From: Eledone cirrhosa
Lineage: Eukaryota
DNA length: 64,000 nucleotides
Direction of reading: 5' to 3'
Assembly (NCBI GenBank): GCA_964016885.1
Contig: OZ024741.1
Coordinates: 68,758,001-68,822,000, forward strand
Part shown: one piece after another, positions 12,986 to 26,519 of the stretch
Layout of the letters: the number at the start of each line of letters is the position of its first letter
Numbering within the stretch: the stretch's first letter is position 1
Position numbers and translations under genes: made by a program
Notes under the pieces: generated by a model
What the model was told of the DNA's origin: nothing
The model's input: the letters and a program-made list of their open reading frames with translations, nothing else
Databases searched by the model: none

Positions 12986-15900
12986 ATGGGACGCAGAAAA
13001 TATTTCTCATCTAAATCCCAACGACAAAGAGAGAAGAGGGCAAATCAATCAAGCAATAATCGCTCTACAACATCCCAACAAATTTCTACAAATGTAATTC
13101 AGTTAACACACCAACAACAACTTGCAACAAATGCACCAAACGTTCAGAGAGGAAGGAACAGGTCAATTGAAGGTCTGGCAAAGAATCCTACAGATGAACC
13201 TTTCCAAGAGCAAACTGTTCTTTCCATAATGCCACAACATAATGCAGGGAGTCTCTTTGCCTGTTTGTCCGCACTGCAAAGCTTATTGCTGGCCACATGA
13301 ACCCAAATCTCTGTGCTGCTTCCAGGGAAAAGTGAAACTCCCTCAACTTCCTCCTCCTCCACCAAATATACTAAAATATTTCGATATCACTCAAGCAGGA
13401 AATTCTTTTCTCCATAAGATACGGGCATATAACAATGTGCTTTCCTTAGCTTCAATTGGCTGCAATTAAAGCACCAGGATTTAGTCTCACATTTAAGATC
13501 CAAGGTAAGATTTGTCATATTATTGGATCACTACTTCCAAGTGATGCTTCAACCAAGTTTGCGCAGCTTTACTTCTATGATACAGATCATGAGCTTCAGA
13601 ATCGCTTGCATCATGCTAATTTAGATGCTGCTGTCCTGCAGGAAGACTTGCACTACTGCAACACCTATATAAGAAGCTTCAAGTCAGTCATTGAAATGCC
13701 AGTCTCTGAAAATCTGAACATTGTCCTACATGCTGACAAAGTAAAACCCACTGATTTTCATTGTCGCATATATAATCTTCCCATCTATCTGAGGTTGCTG
13801 TTATTCAACATCTTTTGGATATCATCATTCATAAAAGAGATGGTGGTCTTCAGAGGATTCATCAGTTGCACCGTTCTTATGATCCTCTGCATTATGTGCT
13901 ACTGTTTCCTTGAGGGAATGATGGGTTTCAGGTTGGTTTGAAAAGGATTGACAACAATCACACACTCACACCCACAGATTTCTACTGTTATCGGTTTCAA
14001 GATGATTGTAACATTATCATGAAGAGCAGGCGGCTGATGCAGCAATATGCTATAGATGTCCAGGCCAAAATAGAACATTGTCGCCTCAAATAGGCCCGCA
14101 ACAATCAAACCATGATACGAGCTGAACAGTATGAGGGTTTGTATGATGCTGTGGCTGAAAGAGATTCAGTAAATGCAGGCCGGAGAATTGTTCTTCCTCC
14201 TTCAATCTATGATTCACCTCGCTTCTACAGTGAGTGCTTTCAGAATTCGATGACTGTGGTTCGACACATGGGAAAGCCATCCTATTTCATCACGGTAACA
14301 ATTAACCCTAACTGGGATGAAATAAAAAATAGTTTGCACCCTGGTGAAGAACCTAGAGACCGTCCTGATATTTGTGCAAGAGTCTTCAAGATCAAGTATG
14401 ACAGCATCATGGATGATATACTGAAAAGAAATGTCCTAGGAAAAGTTGTGGCTCATTATGATACAATATAGTGGCAGAAACGAGGCCTCACTCATGCTCA
14501 TATTCTGCTGATAATGGCTGAAAATAGCAAACCCAAAACTGCTGATGCCATTGATCAGGTAGTGTACTGTGAGATTCCTGATAAAGAGACCAATCCAATT
14601 CTGCATCAGATCATCACATCCTGCAACATTCATGGCCCATGTGGACAAGCTAATATGATGTGCCCATGTATGGAAGGGCTAGGACATCAACGCCATTGCT
14701 CAAAAAGTTATCCGAAGTCATTCAGACAAACCACATTTGTTGCCGAAAATTCCTTTCCGGGGTATAGAAGAAGGGATAGACAGCATGATGGTTAAACCCA
14801 TACAATCCAACTTAAAGCTCAAGAATTTACTGTTGATAATCGTTGGATTGTTCCATACAACCCTTTCCTCTCATTGAGATATCAGTGCCACATCAATTGT
14901 GAGGTTGTCCACAGTGTCAAGGCTGTTACGTATTTATATAGGTACATCACGAAAGGATCAGACAAGATCACTTTCACTATTAAGGATGATCAAGGAAATT
15001 GTGTCCATGCCCAAAATGAGATTGAGACCTATATCAATGCACGGTACATCTCAGCCAGTGAAGCATTCCGGAGAATCTATAAATTTCCATTACATCATCG
15101 AAAACTGCCAGTTGAAAAGTTGCCTTGCCATTTACCTGGAGAACAAATGGTCGTGTATGAGCGAGGGCAGGTAGAAAGTGTTGTTTCTAGGGGACAGCCA
15201 ATGACTAAGTTGATGGAATATGTTCAACTGAATATTGTGCCACTGGCACAAAACATATTGTATATTGATATTCTTAATATTTCACTTGGACAAACAAAAA
15301 GTGGCAAAGAAGAAAAAAGGGACATCTGGATGGTGATCAACAATTTATGAGTGAATCTCTTGGACGCATTCCAACAGTATCTCTCAGTAGACATCAATCT
15401 GAATTATATTACCTCAGAATGATCCTACATCACAATGCTGGGTCAACTTCATACAAAGAATTGAGGACAATTGAAGGAGTTGAATTTCCAACATTCCAAG
15501 AAGCATGCAGGAAACTTGGTCTGTTAGATGAAGATGGTGAAAAAGACAAAGCTATGGAAGAGGCCTCATCCATTACGTTTGGTCCTCAGCTGCGAGAGAT
15601 CTTCTGCACCATTTTATTGTACTACATGCCAAATGACCCTCTGCAGTTCTGAGAGAAATGGAAGAATTGTCTTGCAGAGGATATCATGCATGAACGTCGT
15701 GAGCAAGTCATGTCCATGCAAACTGTGCAGATTGTTCTACAGAAGATCCAACAAAGACTTCAACATGATGGCTTGGACATTCATGCCAACTATGGACTTC
15801 CTCGGCCAGATCCAACTATTTTGCCATACCAGAAATCAACAGGGTTCTTATGGCAGAAACTGATTTCAATACACACCAACTGCAAGCAAACATAAATGAA

Positions 15901-16700
15901 CTTCTGCCAACATTGAATCCTGAGCAACTGGTTATTTTTCTACAAAGTAATCACCTCTGTAAATGAAAATGAAGGCAGAATTTTCTGTTTGAATGCAAGT
16001 GCAGGTACAGGAAAAACCTATGTCATAAACATCCTATTGGATTACCTCCAATCTAAAAAACAAATTGCACTTGCCACTGCCATATCTGGAATAGCAGCCA
16101 GTTTGCTTCACAAAGGTAGAACTCTTCATTCCAAGTGCAAGATTCCTATCAATGTGACTGCTGAATCAACTTGCTTCTTCACAAAGAGGTATGACACAGG
16201 TAAACTTATGCAGCAAGCTTACCTGCTAATGATTGATGAGATAGGTATGGGACATAAGCATATATTTGAATGCCTCAACAGTAGCTTAAAAGATGTTCGA
16301 GATTGCAAAAAACCATTTGGTGGTCTAACAGTATTACTATATGTTGACTGGAAGCAAATTCTTCCAGTAGTACGTCACGGTGCTAGACCACAAATAGTTG
16401 AGGCAACCATCAAGTGATCCTATCCCCGGGACTATGTGGAAACCATGGAGATGACAACCAATCAACGGTTAATTAATACAGAGGATTCTGATGAAAGACA
16501 GTTTGCAAACTACCTTCTTGATGTGGAAAATGGTAACATTCCAACTGTTCCAACTGTAGGTGCATTCACAATTCTTCTGCCAAATGAACTTTGTCTGGAA
16601 TATGGTAATGTGTCTGGCCTGTGTAATTTTGTGTATACAAATCTTCCAGGAAACTACACAAACCCACTATGCCTTGCAAATAGAGCCATTATCACAAGAT
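12986..16700 (+). pseudogene. Helitron Rep/PIF1-like helicase, multiple frameshifts and stops
   Basis: CPHC..CCFQGKVKLP, FKIQGKICHIIGSLLP, FAQLYFYD, GKPSYFITVTINPNW, WQKRGLTHAHIL (HUH), HGPCG, YLYRYITKG, ARYISASEA, Walker A ASAGTGKT, LMIDE, FGGLTVLL..DWKQILPV. Confidence 0.93.
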
Positions 16701-16881
16701 TGGTGAATGTTTATGTATATGTGTGTATGTATGTATATATATATGTATATACATATCTTGTGTATTTGTTTATATTTAAGTTGTTTTTATTACCCCCCAC
16801 CCCCACCCCCAGACACACACACACACTCACCTCTATAGTTGTCAACACGCTCCCCCTTCTTTTACTTTATTTTGTTTTGTT

Positions 16882-17068
<187 letters not shown>

Positions 17069-17138
17069 GAAAAGTATAGAAATTATTGTAGCAAGAAGCC
17101 AACAGTATTCCATAATATATAAGTGACTATATAAGTGA

Positions 17139-17187
17139 CTGATGAAGGCATACCATATTTTAATTTGGTATCCCTGAAATATGTATA
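17139..17187 (+). ncRNA. Hammerhead core lacking the 5' strand of stem I (truncated)
   Basis: CTGATGA-AGGcATACCA...TGGTATcCCT-GAAA-TATGT-ATA. Upstream sequence belongs to a different repeat. Confidence 0.55.
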
Positions 17188-17439
17188 ATGAAATAAATAT
17201 GGTTTTATAAATATAGTTTCCATTTATTTAATATCGTATATCTACTCCAAAAACTTGTCGAGTGCTTTATATCAGTTATAAAATATTTACTTGTTGTATC
17301 CCAACAATTTTAAATAGAACTTTTGCATATATATATATATATATATAACGAAGGAAATGTGGCAAGGAACCAGGTGGACCATAACGCACCAAAGTACTCA
17401 ATACTTAGGGTAGTAGAGTGGGTAATAGGAACAAGTAAG

Positions 17440-17533
17440 ACCCCGACGGCTGAGCTCAAGCCGTTTCGACGGCTAATTCTGTACTGAATGAAAATTTATT
17501 CTGGTATTTAAATAGCCGAGCTTATCAAGGGGT
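17440..17533 (-). ncRNA. Hammerhead ribozyme, U3-A8 variant (inverted pLTR copy)
   Basis: Reverse complement of 20245-20338. Confidence 0.75.
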
Positions 17534-17597
17534 AATTCCGTGATACCAAAAGTCAAGCAACACGCCCGACTTAGCCTATGGATCAACACCCAGGAAT

Positions 17598-19020
17598 TTG
17601 GAGGATAAACGAGACACTAAATTTATCCAGTTCGACATAGAGAGCTACTATGCTTCAATCACCTTACCGCTACTTACTGCCGCCTTGGACTTCGCCGAAG
17701 CACTTGTGCCCATCACCGACCAGGAAAGAAAAATCATCCTCCACGCTAGGAAGACAGTCTTACTCTTTGACAACTCCAAATGGATAAAAAGAGCTCCTGA
17801 CTCACCCTTCGACGTCAGCATGGGCGCTACGCATTCGGCGGAGGTCACAGATCTTATAGGATTATTCCTTATAGCCAAACTCACCGATATGTTTCCTGCT
17901 TTCGGTGGTGGATTGTACCGTGATGATGGGCTCCTTACCCTTAAAGGGTACAACCCCAGTAGTACAGATCGGGTCCGTAAACTATTAATCAGCTTCTTCC
18001 GCGACTGGGGATTTAAAATAACCCTACAAACGTCCCTGACCCGAGTTAATTTCCTGGACGTTACCCTCGATCTCAATAATGACCTGTACCACCCATACAG
18101 GAAACCCAATGACAACCTGCACTACATCCACCGCCGATCTAACCAACCTAGGAACATCACCAACAACCTGGTCAAAAACATCTCCCTCCGTATATCCTGT
18201 TTGTCAGCTAATGAGAAGATATTCGATGAACATGCGCCTTACTACAACGAGGCCCTCAAGCGGAGTGGTTTCCGGGAGGAAATATCCTACTGTCCAGCTC
18301 CCATTAGCGGAACCAGCAGGCGACACCGCCGCTCACGCAATGTAACATGGTTCAATCCTCCCCACAACGCCGAGGTGACAACTCCCATCGGGAAAATTTT
18401 CTTTAGGCTCATTGAATAACACTTCCCACCACAACACCGCTACCACAACATAATTAACAAAAATACCATCAAACTCTCTTACAGCACTACACCTAACTTC
18501 GCACAAAACATCGTCTCCTCCAACAACAAAAAACTCAACCCCGATGGAAGAAACAACCTAAATAGCAGTGGAGAGCCGACCAGGAGGTGCAACTGTCCTG
18601 ATAGATCCAGTTGCCCCCTCGACAACAGATGCAGAGACCGTAATGTGATCTATCAGTGCAACGTGAGCACGGACACCTCCAACAAAGCTTATATAGGATT
18701 AACCGCATGCGACTTCAAGACCCGGCTATACCAACACAGACATACCTTCCGAAACCCGGCCTGGCGCCACACTTTCGGGCCACATATGGGACCTCAAGGA
18801 CAACAACATCAACTATGATCTCACTTGGAAATTACTGTCCAGAGCCAATCCTTACACGGGAGGACGCCGTCCGTGCAATTTATGCTCGGAGGAAACATTA
18901 CAAATGCTGTTTTCGACGGACCAACTCCTAAACAAGAAAGATGAACTGGTTACTGCATGTAAACACCGATTACATAGGACTTACCTCGCCCTCAAACCCC
19001 ATAATGACCCGGGGACGTAG
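17598..19020 (+). pseudogene. Penelope-like RT plus Cys linker and GIY-YIG endonuclease (stop at 18417-18419, frameshift near 18760)
   Basis: FDIESYYASI, MGATHSAEV, YRDDGL, VNFLDVTL, PYRKP, WFNPP, then CNC...CPLDNRC, NVIYQC and YIGLT..FKTRLYQH. Confidence 0.92.
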
Positions 19021-20244
19021 ACTAGGGCTATAACACCCCCCACTTGCCTATTTTGTAATGGGTAACCCCTGCTTGCCAATGGAGACGTAATATCTTCTTT
19101 TACATTCTTTTATCGCTTCCTCTATATTTCCTCCTCCCCCCCCCCCCCCCCATCCCTCCCTAGTCCTTCTACCCCAGGTCCTTTTCTTTGTCGTCGTCTT
19201 TTTCTCGCCCACCCGAGGTAGCCCATCGGTCCCTTGTAGCTTCAGCACCCCCACCCCCGTCCCTATTCTATGATAGATTTGGCTGACTCCGCTTTTTATA
19301 GCAGAGGTGTTAGACTTCGGATACTTGCCCCCTTCTCCGACCGCTGTCCCTTTTTTCCGTGCCTTCTATATTTCTTAGTGGCATCTTTGCTTTAATTTCT
19401 CGTTTATCCAGTATTTCTTTCTTCTTTTTCCCTTTTTTTGGGGGAGGGGGGGGGGGTTCCTGTATTAATTTTCCGTTCTTTACTTTTACCTCGTACGATC
19501 TTTCATGTAGCTTGTATAAGACTTTTTGTTTCGTGGCGGTACCCTTAGAGTTAGCACTAGTATTTTTTTTGCGGGACCCTGAATTATATTCTCGTACTAG
19601 TTTACTTTCTTGCACTGGGTGGTTGCTGGCCCTGTGATTGGGGTAGAAACCTTTATTATTTCGTGGTAGTCTCTTTAGTATTCTGCCCCCCTTTGTTGAG
19701 CCGTCACCGTACGATACACGCACTTATACCTCGTATAAGGGTCCCTTTATTTCCGTCCCACCTACTTTATTTTTATTATTATTATTTATTTTTTTATTCT
19801 TCATTATATATATATATATATATTTTTTTTAAATTTATTTATCTATTCTTTTATTCACTTATTTGCTTATTTATTTATTTATGTATTTCTTTAGCCTAGC
19901 AATAGCGAGAGACTTAAGTCTTAGTAACCAGACTTTCCTTATTTTATTTTTATTTATTTTTTTTTTCTCTCTCAGTACCCTTTATAGTTTTACCTTTCAT
20001 TGTTCTACTTACCGTTTCGACCTCCTCCCCCTCCCCCTCCCCCTCCCCAGTATCCTCTTTGACCTCACGCCCAGCTGTAGCTGGCACTACCAACGCATGA
20101 ATGGGTCTACTCCACCCCCTTTCCCTTTTTCTCCTACCGGCAGGTTTAGCTACCCCTTCCTCCACCAATTTGCCATCACAGATTTACTACTAACTTGTGA
20201 TGTGACCAATCCTGGTGATTATCTCTTTGACCATATATGGAATT

Positions 20245-20338
20245 ACCCCTTGATAAGCTCGGCTATTTAAATACCAGAATAAATTTTCATTCAGTACAGA
20301 ATTAGCCGTCGAAACGGCTTGAGCTCAGCCGTCGGGGT
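20245..20338 (+). ncRNA. Hammerhead ribozyme, U3-A8 variant (3' pLTR)
   Basis: ACCCC-TTGATAA-GctCGGCTA...TAGCCGtC-GAAA-CGGCT tgagctc AGCCG-TC-GGGGT. Predicted GUC cleavage after 20333. Confidence 0.78.
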
Positions 20339-20348
20339 CTTACTTGTT

Positions 20349-20411
<63 letters not shown>

Positions 20412-20418
<7 letters not shown>

Positions 20419-21170
20419 TAAAAGATTAAAGTTTAAGCAAAGAATCGCTGCTTTCACCCTTAACGGGATCTTCTGAAATTAACAAAGTCAATCTGTAAAC
20501 GCAGAAGTGAATATTTCAAAAAACGTTGCAACCGGAGCAAGACAGGAAGACGATACTTTGGTTCGTGGAAATGTTGCCTGGCAAAGAACGGGAAAAAACG
20601 AATATAATACGTCATTATTTGGAGCGGTGAAAAACAATTACACGCAAAGACAGAACCACGTTTATGTTATAAAAGAAGCCGTAGACTAATATTCTCTTAG
20701 GTGGTTCATAGAGACGTTCTCTGGCAATGAACAGAAAAAACGAAGATAATACGTCATATGTGGAGCGTGGAGAACAATTGCACGCAAAGACAAAACCATG
20801 TAAATGGTATAGCTGAAGTCGTAGACTAAAATTCTAACAAGGAAACCTAATCATTCTCCGCTTCAGAGTTAAGAATAAAGTAAATAAAATACAATACAGA
20901 GGTAATAGAAATTAAATAAATACATACACGCATCCAAATACGTACATACACAGGTATACGCGAAAACACTCGCCATAGGTATACAAACCACGCACATATA
21001 AATATGTGTGTGTGTGTGTGTGTGTATACAAATAAATAAATAATTAAATAAACGTATATAAATAAATAAATACGTATATAACAAGCGCACACACATACCT
21101 ACATGTAAATACACAAATGTTCGGAGACGTAAGTCAACCAAAACATGAAGTACACATATACACACACCCA
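20412..21170 (-). mobile_element. Non-coding ~750-bp repeat with a terminal HHR-like motif (copy 1)
   Basis: Highly similar to 24190-24950. The terminus AAACTTTAATC..TTATTTTAAT also occurs at about 22635, 37732 and 61458. Confidence 0.75.
20430..20480 (-). ncRNA. Hammerhead-like motif with CAGAAGA (U4A) core
   Basis: AATTT-CAGAAGA-TCCC gttaa GGGT-GAAA-GCAG..TTGC-TT-AAACT. Confidence 0.55.
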
Positions 21171-21213
21171 ACATACGTACGAACCCGCATACGCACACAG
21201 ACGCAAAACTCCC

Positions 21214-21263
<50 letters not shown>

Positions 21264-21432
21264 AAGAATTTATATCTAGTAACATATATATACATACAAA
21301 TGCATATTGATGCTAGCAAATATATAGGTTTTGTCTTAATAACATTGTGGTTCAATGCATGGGGTTGCAGAACAATAATATAAGAGACGTAAGATAAGAA
21401 AATTATAAAATTAACTTACTTACTAAAATATC

Positions 21433-21514
21433 ACTTCCAACTAATTAGTTTCTGGAATGGAGTAGATACATCTTCCGAAGAAGGTGTGGAGAAACATCCC
21501 GTCATCAGGAAAGT
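21433..21514 (-). ncRNA. Type I hammerhead ribozyme with cUUCGg-capped stem II extension
   Basis: ACTTTC-CTGATGA-cGGGATG...CTTC TTCG GAAG...CATTCCa-GAAA-CTAATTAG-TT-GGAAGT. Palindromic stem III. Confidence 0.72.
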
Positions 21515-21675
21515 CAATTCTCATATAAGTTTCCAGGCAAAGCGAGGACACTGGAAGCTTATTAAAAAATAAATCAGTGAATAGGAAATAGCAAAGCGTG
21601 GACTTACTTCCTAGCCATTGAGAAAATCACTGCCTCTGTGTCCGTGGCAAATTCAAAAAGAATCGAACACGTGAC

Positions 21676-21735
<60 letters not shown>

Positions 21736-21740
<5 letters not shown>

Positions 21741-21900
21741 ACGTCAAGACGGGCGGTCTGGAAAGTGAAAGTAATTTTTGACACTGTGAATTTGTTTATT
21801 TTTGTTTTTTTACAACAGGTCTCAATAGTGTAATTTACGATACACACGCAATTGTATGGATTTCTTAATATATATATATGTGTGCCCGTCTTGACGTATG

Positions 21901-21902
<2 letters not shown>
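21736..21902. mobile_element. MITE with about 19-bp TIRs GGCATACGTCAAGACGGGC, inserted in (TA)n
   Basis: TIRs at both ends; second copy at 22342-22501. Confidence 0.8.
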
Positions 21903-21944
<42 letters not shown>

Positions 21945-22247
21945 ATTGAAAGATTACTAAAAACTGGACATCGGTTGATATTAGTTAGATGTAGCAAGGG
22001 CTCTGTGTATGGCGAGGACAGAAGTAGACTTTTTAAATAACTATATATATATAAATATATATTAGATATTATAATTCGGTTCTTCCTAGTTAGACGTTCA
22101 AACGATGTAATAGTATAGGGTTTGTTTTCTCATAGTTCTGACTTATAATGATGTAGTGAGAGACAGTAGATTGTAAACAAATATATAAAAAAACACACAC
22201 ATTATATATATACACACACATACATATATATATACACACATATATAT

Positions 22248-22341
<94 letters not shown>

Positions 22342-22346
<5 letters not shown>

Positions 22347-22501
22347 ACGTCAAGACGGGCACACATATATATATATTAAGAAATCCATACAATTGCGTGT
22401 GTATCGTAACTTACACGATTGAGACCTGTTGTAAAAAAAATAAAAATATTCAGTGTCAAAAATTACTTTCACTTTCCAGACCGCCCGTCTTGACGTATGC
22501 C
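22342..22501. mobile_element. MITE, second copy in opposite orientation
   Basis: Reverse complement homologue of 21736-21902. Confidence 0.8.
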
Positions 22502-22649
22502 TATATATATATAGTAATAATAATAGTAATAATAATAAATTTGAAGACAAAAATCCAAAGAGGGCTCGATAAGGATAAATATATATCAGATATATAAGAA
22601 CCGTAGAGCAAATATTTATTAAAATAACAGATTAAACTTTAATCTGTTA

Positions 22650-22709
<60 letters not shown>

Positions 22710-22713
<4 letters not shown>

Positions 22714-23875
22714 TATGACCCCGACGGCAGAGCTCAAGCCGTTTCGACGGCTATTTCTGGACTAAATTAGAATTTTTAGCCTGGTGAATAAATAGCCGAA
22801 CTTGTCAAGGGGGTACTTCCTTATATGGGAAGATTGTAGTTGTCAAGAGGATTGGTTAAAATTTGTTGTAAACACAAATAAGTCTATCATGGCATTTGGT
22901 GGGAGGTAGGAGTGGCTGAACTTACCTGTAGAACAATAGGGGTGTGAGTGGAGCGGTCAAGCAGCGTTGAAAGTGATATGTATACAGCAGATTCTAAGGA
23001 TAGTGTATGAAGTTGAGGAGGGAGGTTATAGGATATGTAAATTGAATGAGAGTAGGAGACAATAAAAGATAATAGAAAAAATATATATATATATAAAATT
23101 AGGTACTGAGAAATGAATTTTAAAAAAAATCACAATGCTATCTTACAATTACAGGTTAATAAGTTGAGAATAGAAAAAACTTGTAGAAATTGAGTAGTAC
23201 CAGAACTGATACAAAATTAAAGGGGTTTAACACGTCTGCTATAAGTAGTTAGTAAAACGTATTCGGCCAATTCTATCTTAAAATTACAGGGGTGGGGGAA
23301 CTGATGCTACAGAGGTCCGATGGGCTGCATCGGGGTAGGCGAAACGGGAAAAGCAGATGAGGAAGAAAATAGGGGGTGGAAGGAAGTGATAGGATGAGAC
23401 AGGGGGAAGAAGAAGACAAAGAGGAAAAGAAAAGAGATACATCTACCTAAGTAAGCTGAGGTTTCCCCTAACTTATTCGGGAAATGTGTGTGTGGGGGGG
23501 GGGGGTATCAGCCCTTGTCTACCCACCCGGGTCGTTATGGGGTTTGAGGGCGAGGTAAGTCCTACGCAATCTGTGTTTGCATGCGGTTACCAGTTCGTCT
23601 TTCTTGTTTAGGAGTTGGTCCTTCGAAAACAACATTTGTAATGTTTCCTCCGAGCATAACTACAATCTTCTCATATAAGGAAGTACCACCTTGACAACTT
23701 CGGTTATTTATTCACCAGGCTAAAAATTCTAATTTAATCCAGAAATAGCCGTCGAAACGGCTTGAGCTCTGCCGTCGGGGTCATACTTTTTCCTATTTCC
23801 CACTCTACTACCCTAAGTATTGAGTACTCTGGTGCGTTATGGTCCATCTGGTTCCTTACCACAATTCCTTTGTTA
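22710..23875 (-). mobile_element. Short 5'-truncated Penelope-like copy with inverted pLTR; U3-A8 HHRs at 22718-22814 (-) and 23685-23781 (+)
   Basis: 23525-23659 is the reverse homologue of the ORF end at 18880-19012. pLTRs are homologous to those of 17346-20350. Core reads TTGACAA. Confidence 0.88.
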
Positions 23876-24189
23876 TATATATATGTGTGTGTGTGTGTGT
23901 GTATATTGTTCTTATTTATTTTTTTATTTAGTTATTTCTGCTTGCTTACTCCTTCCCAAATTTGAGTGTATATATCTGTGTATATGTATGTGTATGTATT
24001 TTTGTATATATCTGTGTATATGTATGGGTATGTATTTATGTTCCTGTCCATATTACTTTGTATAGGCTAATACGTTTGTGTGAGTTTACGTCTACATACT
24101 TTTTAGTATATACGCGTAGTTGATTGTGTGTATGTTTACGTTCTGGATATTTATGTTTTTATTCTTATATTTATATATATATATATATA

Positions 24190-24950
24190 TTAAAATAAAA
24201 GATTAAAGTTTAAGCAAAGAATCGCTGCTTTCACCCTTAACGGGATCTTCTGAAACTAACAAAGTCAATCTGTAAACGCAGAAGTGGATATTTCAAAAAA
24301 CGTTGCAACCGGAGGAAGAGAGGAAGACGATACTTTGGTTCGTGGAAACGTTCGCTGGCAAAGAACGGGAAAAAACGAATATAATACGTCATTAATAGGA
24401 GCGGTGAAAAACAATTACGCGCAAAGACAGAACCACGTTTATGGTATAAAAGAGGTCGTAGACTAATATTCTCTTAGGTGGTTCATAGAGACGTTCTCTG
24501 GCAATGAACGAAAAAAACGAAGATAATACGTCATATGTGGAGCGTGGAGAACAATTGCACGCAAAGACAAAACCACGTAAATGGTATAGCAGAAGTCGTA
24601 GACTAAAATTCCAACTAGGAGACCGAATAAATCTCCGCGTCAGAGTTAAGAACAAAGTAAATAAATACAATACAGAAGTAATAGAAATTAAATAAATACA
24701 TACACGGATACAAATACGTACATACACAAGCATACGCGAAAACACTTACCATAGGTATACAAAACCACACACATATAAATATGTGTGTGTGTGTATGCGT
24801 GTATACAAATAAATAAATAAATAAATAAACGTATATAAATAAATAAATACGTATATAACAAGCGCACACACATACCTACATGTAAATTCACAAATGTTCG
24901 GAGACGTAAGCCAACCAAAACATGAAGTACACATATACACACACTCTACA
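24190..24950 (-). mobile_element. Non-coding ~750-bp repeat, copy 2, with U4A HHR-like motif at 24207-24257
   Basis: AGTTT-CAGAAGA-TCCC gttaa GGGT-GAAA-GCAG..TTGC-TT-AAACT, with a perfect 5-bp stem I. Confidence 0.75.
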
Positions 24951-25958
24951 TACTCAAGATTGGAACTTGACAGTCAGAAATCTGGTAAATTAAAAGATTT
25001 CTGACTGTCAAGTTCCAATCTTAAATCTTGATTTCTCTTTATTAATTTGTTATTTGTTTTCTGCCCTCTTCACTGTATCACCTTATATTTATTTTAAGTT
25101 GAGATGGATTATAACACAAACACATTTAGTTTGAATATCTCATCTTAACATCTTGTCTCATACCAATCTATCCAACATATTCTGACCTTGAGATTGGTTA
25201 TAGCACACACACACACTTTATCCTACATTATTTCTCACTTCTCCATATTCATTTTCATTACTTTTTCACCAATCTCTCATTTATTCTTTATTCTTTATTC
25301 TCTATTTATTTATTTATTTTCAAATTACACAAATTATATTAATTATTTTATTATATTATTTATTTATTTTCTGTTTTCTTCATTTATTGCCTTATATTTC
25401 TTCATATACATGGAAGAACCCCCCCCCCCCCCATCACCACCACTACGATGGTGGCAGGAGGGATGAAGAAAAAACACAAACTGGATACTTCTAAATTGTT
25501 AGCAGCAGCAAGATATAAGCTGACCACTACACCAACAACAGTACCAAAATAATGGTGGAGGTCAAATGTACTGAACAATAGCAGGCAAAAACACTACAGG
25601 GAGCCTCACCCCAGAAAGAATTCTATAGACTTCTGACTGAGGAATGCTCTCAGCACTGACCAATGGGAAGTTTGACACTTTTTTTGTTATTTTGTTCCTT
25701 TAACACCTTGTCCCTTCTACCATTTTATCAATTTTTAAGCTAACTCCAACAATAACAACACTTAGAATGAGGAATGTTCTAATAACTGACCAATGAGAGG
25801 AGAAGGGGACCTTTGACACTGAAATTCGTTTGTTTGAATTCATATGACTCCAGTTCCTCAGTGAAATAACAACCCAACAAGGAACTGGACATATCAGAGT
25901 ATTGACAATATTATACACCTAAACAACATATGTACTTGTCTATACCATACTAATTCAA

Positions 25959-26013
25959 ACTGCCTGAAGAGGTCACAGCCAAAGATGGCTGTCACTGAAA
26001 TATATATAGCAGT
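25959..26013 (+). ncRNA. Type I hammerhead ribozyme
   Basis: ACTGC-CTGAAGA-GGTcACAGCCA aaga TGGCTGTcACT-GAAA-TATAT-ATA-GCAGT. Confidence 0.82.
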
Positions 26014-26337
26014 AATAAACGAAGCTAAATTTTAATCATTTCACTTTTATTTAACTTTATTTTATATATATATGTAAGTATGTATGTATGTATACATACA
26101 TACATATATGTATACAGACGTACAGTAGTATGTATATATATACATACATGCACACACATATATATATGCACGTATCGGTTTACCTAACATTTATTATAAT
26201 GCTCGGTTTGTTTGTTTGTAAACAAACAGCCCGAATTACACCGTACACTGTACGGGCTGTTAATAATAATATATATACTCTTTTACTCTTTTACCTGTTT
26301 CAGCCATCCGGCTGAGGCCATGCTGGGGCACCGCCCT

Positions 26338-26442
<105 letters not shown>

Positions 26443-26519
26443 ATTTTATATTTTTCCCCTATTTCCTTTTCGCCGGATTTTTCAGCCTCACTTTCATATA
26501 AATTTTATTTTCATATCCA

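Larger units (their letters stand above)
10591..16700 (+). mobile_element. Degenerate Helitron copy 1 (5' end, minisatellite, Rep-helicase), 3' truncated
   Basis: A|TC start (TCTAAACTATAATAAA). 5' region and coding part recur at 43425-46604. Confidence 0.85.
17346..20350 (+). mobile_element. 5'-truncated Penelope-like retroelement with inverted pseudo-LTR
   Basis: 17427-17539 is the reverse complement of 20239-20351. These flank RT and GIY-YIG coding sequence. (TA)n on both sides. Confidence 0.92.
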
